Of a stretch of 64,000 nucleotides of DNA, positions 57,392 to 64,000 are shown in pieces (positions within the stretch are counted from its first letter, which is position 1; every line of letters starts with the position of its first letter). Both the position numbers and the translations under genes were made by a program. This DNA comes from Escherichia phage Ecwhy_1: sequence record MH791411.1; one strand, written 5' to 3'. The notes under the pieces are model-generated. The model ran no database searches and had not been told where the DNA came from. It saw nothing but the letters and a program-made list of their open reading frames with translations.

Positions 57392-58359
57392 TTTGGGCTA
57401 TAACCACTTTTAATTTTAGAAATTACTTTCTTCTCGAAGAACTTACGTGCTTCTTCAATAGTTTTGAATTCTTCACCATCTGTAGTACTGGTTTTACCAA
57501 TAGCACCATACTCAATAATTACTTCACACACTGGAGCATTCAATTCAATATTATAGAATTTGTTCGAAGAACCGTGAACATATTCCAAATGTACATTATC
57601 AGGAATGTTCTGCACATAATCATAGTTCTTGAAGATAATATCAATCATATTTTCTTCACCGCGATCAGGAAATAGTTCAGTATTATTCAGTACTAAACGC
57701 TGTGCAGCACGGAACATATCAAAATATTGTTCACCTTTTTTCAGTTCTTTTGTATCAGAACAGAAATGACCATAGTATTCTACATAATCATTCCAAGGAT
57801 AAATTCCTTCATCAGCAGTTTCAAAAGCGTAAGTTTCATCTTGTGGAACTTTAAAACCACGAGTTTTTGGATGAGAAATTAAGCACAGTGAAATATTATG
57901 ACCGATATCTGAATCATCAGTAATACTACCACCAACCATATGAACAACATTTTTAATACGTTCAAAATCTACATCTTCAATTTCATGATACATTAAATGT
58001 TCTTCAATATTACTTACTAGTAATGAATTACCATTTCCTGCATCGAATTCAAAAATGAAAAGTTCTACACAATCTTCTTCTTTCATTTCAATAGTATCAC
58101 TGAGTTTAATATACTCATTTTTTACTTGTTCAATATTTTCATGAGAACCAAAACTATAACGAGAACTGATATAACTACTACCATCCAACCATCCCATATC
58201 CCAAGGTTCTTCTGACATGTATTCGGTGCTATAGAAATCAGTCAAATCATCTCTCTGAGTACAAACCGTAAGAGAACGAACATTATTAAGACCTTGAACT
58301 TCAAGATTCAGTACTGTAGTGTTGCCGATTTTTTGTTCAGAAATAATTTTAGTTTTCAT
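57388..58359 (-). CDS. hypothetical protein with C-terminal WGR-like domain
   Basis: 323 aa; C-terminal ~80 aa (SSNKFYNIELNAPVCEVIIEYGAIGKTSTTDGEEFKTIEEARKFFEKKVISKIKSGY) follows the WGR pattern, with YGAIG in place of WGRIG. Confidence 0.45.
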   Translation of the reverse strand: MKTKIISEQKIGNTTVLNLEVQGLNNVRSLTVCTQRDDLTDFYSTEYMSEEPWDMGWLDGSSYISSRYSFGSHENIEQVKNEYIKLSDTIEMKEEDCVELFIFEFDAGNGNSLLVSNIEEHLMYHEIEDVDFERIKNVVHMVGGSITDDSDIGHNISLCLISHPKTRGFKVPQDETYAFETADEGIYPWNDYVEYYGHFCSDTKELKKGEQYFDMFRAAQRLVLNNTELFPDRGEENMIDIIFKNYDYVQNIPDNVHLEYVHGSSNKFYNIELNAPVCEVIIEYGAIGKTSTTDGEEFKTIEEARKFFEKKVISKIKSGYSPK

Positions 58360-58368
58360 TTAAAATAC

Positions 58369-58473
58369 CTATTGAAATGATTTACGCCATTTGACTAGTT
58401 TAACATTCATGTAAGTAAGGAACTCACGTTCCATCTCTTCTGGACTCATATTATCGCATTGCAAAGCGAACAT
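58369..58473 (-). pseudogene. truncated duplicate of the 3' end of gene 58491..59138
   Basis: Nucleotides 58381-58480 are recognisably similar to 58505-58600; the 34-codon ORF (MFALQCDNMSPEEMEREFLTYMNVKLVKWRKSFQ) parallels the C-terminus of the upstream gene (...NSDEVEREFITRVQIALHKSKK). Confidence 0.4.
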
Positions 58474-58490
58474 GTCAAGTGCACATCATC

Positions 58491-59138
58491 CTACTTTTTT
58501 GATTTATGTAATGCAATTTGTACTCGCGTAATGAACTCACGCTCTACTTCATCTGAATTAACACCATCATATTGTGTTTTGAATAGTTCCATAGCTTTGA
58601 TAGCCATCTGAACTGAAAGATCAGCAATACTTTCAGTACTGGTACTTTCAAATACATTTTTGAGGCTTAGTTCACCATCATCAATACATTCTTTTGGTTT
58701 GTTGATTTCTGGTACTTGGATGTATCGCAATGCTTTGTATTCTGCTTTGGTCAGATTCCCAGTCCATCTTGGTTCATTGAACAAGTCATGCATTGTAATG
58801 CCAGCTTCACCCATTAGGTGTACTAACTCTTCATTTCGGCGAATATGCTTTTCTTCATCTTTGAAATTTTTGTAAGTGTAAGCACAACGCATGATAGCCA
58901 AACGTACTTCACCACTTTTAGTAATTGTATACGTATGAATTGCATTATCGTAGTCACTTTCCCATTGTTGACCCGCATATTCGTACCAAAGGTCATTTGT
59001 CTCCCAACGGAGCATTTTACCTTCTAGTAGCTCGTCAATCATTTTAGCCATGTTACCATGATATTCACAACTGGTAATATTAAATCCACCATTGTACTTT
59101 GCAAGGTACAGAATCTTTTCTTGTGATACATTTTTCAT
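58491..59138 (-). CDS. hypothetical protein
   Basis: 215-aa ORF with ATG start. Confidence 0.5.
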   Translation of the reverse strand: MKNVSQEKILYLAKYNGGFNITSCEYHGNMAKMIDELLEGKMLRWETNDLWYEYAGQQWESDYDNAIHTYTITKSGEVRLAIMRCAYTYKNFKDEEKHIRRNEELVHLMGEAGITMHDLFNEPRWTGNLTKAEYKALRYIQVPEINKPKECIDDGELSLKNVFESTSTESIADLSVQMAIKAMELFKTQYDGVNSDEVEREFITRVQIALHKSKK

Positions 59139-59476
59139 TACATGTAATCCTTGATGTATTTTAGCAGTTTAGATTTCTCTTCGGTACTTAATGATTTCTT
59201 GTTCATCAAGTGTTTCATTTCTTGACGTTCAATTTCTTCACATCTTTTAGATTCAGCTTCAATTCGTGTATGGTATTCTTCGTCAGTTTCTTCTCTGGTC
59301 CAAATTACATTGTATCCATCGAAACCACCGTAACCACCGTCTGGTGAAAGACTAATGTATCCCTTGTACTCTGAACGGTACTTATTAAGAGTGTCAATAA
59401 AGGTATCAATGCCACACTGTTCAATTTCAATATAACCAATCACGACAGCAACTTCAATTTTGTTCATAAAGTTCAC
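59138..59476 (-). CDS. hypothetical protein
   Basis: 112-aa ORF. Confidence 0.45.
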   Translation of the reverse strand: MNFMNKIEVAVVIGYIEIEQCGIDTFIDTLNKYRSEYKGYISLSPDGGYGGFDGYNVIWTREETDEEYHTRIEAESKRCEEIERQEMKHLMNKKSLSTEEKSKLLKYIKDYM

Positions 59477-59494
59477 CTATAAAAATAGGGAGCA

Positions 59495-60052
59495 TTAGCT
59501 CCCTTTGTATTGATGTTTACGTTTAGTACTGTATTTCCAGCCAGTACTGTGTCTTGTTCTGATATCATCCCAATACGATGGTAGTGAACGCATCTTACGT
59601 CTTCCACGTATATCCGGTTCCCCCTCATCCTTCAGTACTGCACAAGCCATACGACGCTCTTGTTGGGTCTTAGGACGTTTGTATCTGGAGTGGTTATGTT
59701 TGTACATATACGAACGCTTGTGTCGCCATTCAGTGTCACGAGCATTTCGTTTATGATCCCAGTACTCATTATAGAGTATCATGTATTCACCCATAAGTAA
59801 ATCAGGAGATACAAGTAATCCTTTTTCAGTACAAAGATAATAACCTACGAACTTTTCTGGATACATTTCGTAATAGAAACGGTTCTTCCAAAATGTTTCA
59901 CGATTCTTTTTGTTGAATTCAGCTAAATCGAATTTCATCTTACTGTGGAAACGGTCTATACCGTCATGTTCCGCAATGTACTCTAACAGATTATCAATAA
60001 TCTCAACTTTACCTGAATCATGGTACAACGTAAATGTTTGGTCAAAAAACAT
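59495..60052 (-). CDS. hypothetical protein with basic C-terminal tail
   Basis: 185-aa ORF; Arg/Lys/His-rich C-terminal third. Confidence 0.45.
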   Translation of the reverse strand: MFFDQTFTLYHDSGKVEIIDNLLEYIAEHDGIDRFHSKMKFDLAEFNKKNRETFWKNRFYYEMYPEKFVGYYLCTEKGLLVSPDLLMGEYMILYNEYWDHKRNARDTEWRHKRSYMYKHNHSRYKRPKTQQERRMACAVLKDEGEPDIRGRRKMRSLPSYWDDIRTRHSTGWKYSTKRKHQYKGS

Positions 60053-60140
60053 ATATTTCTCCTTTAAGTTAAACTAACCTAATGGAATGTCATTCTTCCT
60101 TTACTACATGTTCTCATGGTTTAATCCTTTTGTCAATATC

Positions 60141-60173
60141 TAGAAAGAAAAAATCCCTGCCAAAAGACAGGGA
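60141..60173 (-). terminator. rho-independent terminator
   Basis: Hairpin atccctg-ccaaaaga-cagggat (60152-60173); on the minus strand followed by ttttttctttct. Confidence 0.6.
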
Positions 60174-60268
60174 TGAAAAACTGAAATAACACATGGAGTT
60201 CTTTTTAAATTAATAAAAAGTATTATTATTCTTATGAAAGTATTTATCATGAACTCCAGTTTATTGCT

Positions 60269-60466
60269 TCAAATGCCCCAATAACCTTTTTGTGCTACTA
60301 TCTCACGGTATTGAGCACGAGTTAGAACACCTTGTTTACGTAGAGCTTGAAGACCTGATAGGGTTTCTGCTTTACGTAGTTCGTAATTGCGTTGTTCTTT
60401 AGATTGAATAACTTTAACTTTCTTAACTTTTGCTACTGGTTCTTTTTTCTTAGGTTGCTTTGCCAT
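60269..60466 (-). CDS. small basic protein (possible nucleic-acid-binding)
   Basis: 65 aa; Lys-rich N-terminus; AAGGAG RBS. Confidence 0.5.
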   Translation of the reverse strand: MAKQPKKKEPVAKVKKVKVIQSKEQRNYELRKAETLSGLQALRKQGVLTRAQYREIVAQKGYWGI

Positions 60467-60532
60467 GAGTATTTCTCCTTTGTTGTTAACAATATTATTA
60501 TATCATGTATGGGACGAATGTCCCATACATTA

Positions 60533-61972
60533 TTACATATTTTCTTCAGCAAATTCTGCCAGTGGTGAACGAACGACACCTTCTAGTTCGATTACACGAC
60601 AACCGTCCCAGTTCTTGAACTTCTCGGTAACATAAGTTAGACCGCTGTTAACTGGACTAATGAATTTAGAGTCAATCTGGCTCAAGTTGCCCATAATAAC
60701 CACTTTACAGTTCATTCCTGCACGAGTCAGGATTGTTTTAGCCTGAGCAGGAGTAATGTTCTGGAATTCATCCACTACTAGGATAGTGTTTGTGAAAGAA
60801 CGCCCACGAACGAAGTTTAGTGCTTTGAACTGGATAACATTACGTTTCATGATTTCTTCGATACTGCCTTGTGGGTTAGCATCATCTTTGTGTAGGAATT
60901 CCAACGCATCAATGGCAGCTCCACAGAATGGAATCACCTTCTCTGCCTCAGAACCTGGCAAGAAACCAATGTCTTCGAATTGGGAATCTTGTGTTTTGGA
61001 GAAGATGATACGGTCGTATTTTTTCTTCTCTAGTACTAGCTCCAGTGCAGTAGCAATGGTGATCAATGTTTTACCAGTACCTGCGGAACCCAACAGTACT
61101 GTTAGATGAACATCAGGATCTAGGATACTGTTGATTGCTAGTGCTTGTTGAATATTCTTAGCCTTAATATCCCACACTTTAGCACGTAGAGCAACAGATT
61201 GTCCAATATCTTGGAATACAAGAATATCTTCTGGTGTTAAAGTACCATCATCTTCTTCAATTGCAGATTGGCCTTCGTACACAAATAGAACATCAGCATT
61301 ATCATATAGGTAATCACCGATGCAAATATTTTGTGGCATGATATGTTCAATCAAGCTTTTTGGAATGTAGTGATACAAACGGCGACCAACTTGTTCAGAT
61401 TGGATAGACACATCAGTTAGATTGCTATACACATCCCAAAAATCTAGGTCGAGGTGATGTTGACCAATGTGAATCAAATCACTATCACCAATCACGATAT
61501 CATGACGATAATCTTGAACTTCCACCCCGTAGCTTAGAGCCTTGATACGCATATTGATATCACGGGTAACCAGTACTGAATCAGTTGCTAATGCTACTAA
61601 AATGATTTTATCATCTGGTACTGTGCTTTTTAGAAGAGTTTGAACTTTCTCTTCGTTACCAGAAGTACGAATTAGTGCTTCAGCTTCTTCGCTTGTAATA
61701 ACAAACAATTTGCTTTCAGGACTCATATTAGTATGAACATCAGCAATATTAACACCAGTACTACTAATTTCTTCATGTGATGCATCAGAAAGGATAGCTT
61801 CAATGTTACGGATTGCAACACGAGCATCACGGGAAACATCCACATTACGACTTTTGATTGAATCCAATTCTTCAAGTACTGTGAACGGTAGAATGATAGC
61901 TGCTCCATCAAAAGCAATGGTAGCATTTGGATCAGATAGTAGTACGTTTGTGTCAATTGTATATTTTTTCAT
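60533..61972 (-). CDS. phoH: PhoH-like ATPase with N-terminal PIN-like domain
   Basis: 479 aa; N-terminal DTNVLL PIN-like start; C-terminal Walker A GSAGTGKT and Walker B VVDEFQN. Confidence 0.85.
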   Translation of the reverse strand: MKKYTIDTNVLLSDPNATIAFDGAAIILPFTVLEELDSIKSRNVDVSRDARVAIRNIEAILSDASHEEISSTGVNIADVHTNMSPESKLFVITSEEAEALIRTSGNEEKVQTLLKSTVPDDKIILVALATDSVLVTRDINMRIKALSYGVEVQDYRHDIVIGDSDLIHIGQHHLDLDFWDVYSNLTDVSIQSEQVGRRLYHYIPKSLIEHIMPQNICIGDYLYDNADVLFVYEGQSAIEEDDGTLTPEDILVFQDIGQSVALRAKVWDIKAKNIQQALAINSILDPDVHLTVLLGSAGTGKTLITIATALELVLEKKKYDRIIFSKTQDSQFEDIGFLPGSEAEKVIPFCGAAIDALEFLHKDDANPQGSIEEIMKRNVIQFKALNFVRGRSFTNTILVVDEFQNITPAQAKTILTRAGMNCKVVIMGNLSQIDSKFISPVNSGLTYVTEKFKNWDGCRVIELEGVVRSPLAEFAEENM

Positions 61973-62033
61973 AAAACATCCTTGAGTTATGAGTACATCC
62001 TTGTACTCGACTAATGGTTAGTGACTCGGAATA

Positions 62034-62336
62034 TTACATGCTCGGTTCGTATTCAACATAACATCTTGAACCACGAGCCTTTTCCTCCCAGCATTCCTGG
62101 TAAACTAGTTGACCAATTGATACTGGATCTCTTGATAACCCATTACGAACTTCACCAGTACTGGTTTTATAAGTAAATGAGCATTTATTTTCATTACATT
62201 GACCTAATCCTGTTACAGTCGCTGTATTGTAATGAATATTATAACGTTTAGTGTTCTCATGATATGAACTGAACCACAGAACACCTATACCTAATAGCGT
62301 TGTGCAAATAAGACTCTTGATATGTGTTGAAATCAT
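62034..62336 (-). CDS. hypothetical secreted/membrane-anchored small protein
   Basis: 100 aa; N-terminal hydrophobic segment LICTTLLGIGVLWF; several Cys. Confidence 0.45.
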   Translation of the reverse strand: MISTHIKSLICTTLLGIGVLWFSSYHENTKRYNIHYNTATVTGLGQCNENKCSFTYKTSTGEVRNGLSRDPVSIGQLVYQECWEEKARGSRCYVEYEPSM

Positions 62337-62653
62337 AGTGCATTAAATCCATTAGTTAAGTAAGTTTCAATATTAACTTTCCCTACTGGATTACTACTAT
62401 GTACATAGTATTTAAATGGTTCTTTAATATTATGCTCAAACATATAATCAATTAGAAATTTGGCAAAAGTGTATCCAGTTTTCTCATCTGTACTCAAGTC
62501 ACCCAAGTCATGGTCAAATGAGACAAATGCTGGAATTCCATTTTTGATTACGTATTCACATGCACTTTCGTAGTCACGACACAATACCATCTCTTGGTCA
62601 GGATAATATTTTTGATAATCACGAATATCATCCAAGAACATTGAGTACGACAT
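62333..62653 (-). CDS. hypothetical protein (receiver-like fold?)
   Basis: 106 aa; conserved-looking FLDDIR, FDHDLG and HSSNPVG motifs; family not confidently recognised. Confidence 0.45.
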   Translation of the reverse strand: MSYSMFLDDIRDYQKYYPDQEMVLCRDYESACEYVIKNGIPAFVSFDHDLGDLSTDEKTGYTFAKFLIDYMFEHNIKEPFKYYVHSSNPVGKVNIETYLTNGFNAL

Positions 62654-62662
62654 TTTAAACTC

Positions 62663-63214
62663 CTATAGATAGCTGATTAGTAAGTTTTCTTTTTGTACAA
62701 GATACTCTAATTCTTGTTTCGCAGTTCCGATGAAGTTCTGTGTCATAAGATTATTATATCCTGCTTCTCGATTTTGTCCCTTCGAATAACGAGAGATGTG
62801 ACATAAATTTACACCAGCCACCTCTGCACTAGCATGTTTGCCATATGCATAATTATCACGAAGTTTTTTAAGTTCAGCATAAGTCATTTCATAACTATAG
62901 CTATGTGAGTGACCCTCTGGAAACAATTCAAGTGATTTTAATGGAGACAGGCGACTTTTGTCAATGATATAGTTCATTTCTTCTTGTACTTCACGTTGTA
63001 ACGCATCTTCTAATGACTTATCAGTACTTTCAACTGTTCCACCACATGCACCCAACAATCCATCCCAACGCACTTGTAGGAGTACTAAGTTAACCACTGG
63101 AATATCATTTAGTTCATAACCAGAGTATGGGGTACATTCTTTTGCATAAAAGAAACAGAATACAAAATTTGCACGTTTCCCCAGTTGTCCCAGTGGTACT
63201 TCAGCTTTACTCAT
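62663..63214 (-). CDS. Nudix-like hydrolase (divergent Nudix box)
   Basis: 183 aa; GGTVESTDKSLEDALQREVQEEMNY approximates the Nudix box (REVQEE core) with altered spacing; ATG overlaps the Sir2-like stop (ATGA). Confidence 0.5.
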   Translation of the reverse strand: MSKAEVPLGQLGKRANFVFCFFYAKECTPYSGYELNDIPVVNLVLLQVRWDGLLGACGGTVESTDKSLEDALQREVQEEMNYIIDKSRLSPLKSLELFPEGHSHSYSYEMTYAELKKLRDNYAYGKHASAEVAGVNLCHISRYSKGQNREAGYNNLMTQNFIGTAKQELEYLVQKENLLISYL

Positions 63215-63963
63215 CGCATTCGTTCCTTAATTATAGTTTCAACCTGTGGAATTGCTTTCGTCGCAGGTTTGATGACCTTCTCATTAAAAAGAAAATCATT
63301 ATCATTTTTTCGGATGTTAACATTTACACTATAGCATGGAAGTGCACCAGCTAGTCTGGACCATACCAGTACTGTATCACTACTTCCAATAACTACAACT
63401 GTATCATTTTCTGTGAGACTTTTCAACACTTCATTTCGTTCTTCATAAATGGGGAGACGTACCCCATCAACGTAGCGATGATACTCACCAATCATCACTA
63501 CATTTGGTTTTGCAAAAACATCAGCTTTAGGGATATATGGTTCATAACCACAATTAATGACATTGTAATCATCAGTATTAATAGAAAAGTTCTCAATTAC
63601 TTCACATAAATTGCCGTGTAGTTTGAGTTCGGTTCCACCAATTCTAGTATATAGATCATCCATATTAGAAGTCATGTGTAAAAAACAATCACCATACAAA
63701 TCTTCTAATGATTTAATAAAGTAATGCATTTCATTAGGATGACATTCACCTAATTTTACACGCAATGTATTATAAAATGAATGAACTATATGATACTTAG
63801 AACTAAGTCGTGCAATGTTACAAACATCATTAATTTTGAAATTGTCCCACAACCCATCATCAAAGCGGAATGGTTCCATCCCGCTCTCAACTGAAAGACC
63901 TGCCCCTGAAATTATAAGTAATCTTTTGTTCCCAGCATTTTGTATAAATTTATCTGATATCAC
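63211..63963 (-). CDS. Sir2-family (sirtuin-like) NAD+-dependent protein
   Basis: 250 aa; ISGAGLSVESGMEPFR, TSNMDDLY, LHG and VVVIGSSDTV match sirtuin NAD-binding motifs; no CxxC zinc ribbon seen; GTG start at 63963 preceded by AAGGAG. Confidence 0.65.
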   Translation of the reverse strand: MISDKFIQNAGNKRLLIISGAGLSVESGMEPFRFDDGLWDNFKINDVCNIARLSSKYHIVHSFYNTLRVKLGECHPNEMHYFIKSLEDLYGDCFLHMTSNMDDLYTRIGGTELKLHGNLCEVIENFSINTDDYNVINCGYEPYIPKADVFAKPNVVMIGEYHRYVDGVRLPIYEERNEVLKSLTENDTVVVIGSSDTVLVWSRLAGALPCYSVNVNIRKNDNDFLFNEKVIKPATKAIPQVETIIKERMR

Positions 63964-64000
63964 ATTTACTCCTTATATAAAAAGTATCAAGTTTAATACT

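Overview
This window reads as a segment of a large, AT-rich, lytic tailed phage (contractile-tail myovirus with T4-like nucleotide-metabolism genes), not a bacterial chromosome. Genes are densely packed and almost all on the minus strand, with many abutting or overlapping stop/start codons and hairpin plus U-run terminators between gene blocks. On the plus strand (1..5643) three fibre-type genes converge on a bidirectional terminator. The minus strand carries thymidylate synthase, a CobS/MoxR-like AAA+ ATPase plus a VWA/HExxH partner behind two tandem consensus sigma70 promoters, a run of acidic low-complexity proteins, three consecutive tail-tube-fold genes and the tail sheath, dNMP kinase, macro domain, glutaredoxin, two Nudix proteins, a CCA-type tRNA nucleotidyltransferase, a ribosome hibernation factor (HPF) homologue, a LysM/T4-lysozyme endolysin, a 2H-phosphoesterase-like protein, thymidine kinase, an HNH endonuclease, a spanin pair, a Pol-beta-type nucleotidyltransferase, three paralogous fibre/receptor-binding genes, nrdG/nrdD, a small zinc deaminase, a WGR-domain protein, PhoH and a Sir2-like protein. 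No tRNA, rRNA, CRISPR array, integrase or transposase was found. I cannot name one defined new system with confidence; the strongest candidates are the dispersed NAD+/ADP-ribose gene set (Sir2, macro, two Nudix, WGR), the promoter-driven ATPase/VWA pair, the HPF homologue, a ~0.5 kb structured non-coding region, and several local duplications (micro-ORFs, a gene-end remnant, paralogue arrays). All calls are by-eye motif reading without database searches; many start codons are approximate, and the supplied ORF track evidently prints M for TTG/GTG starts.
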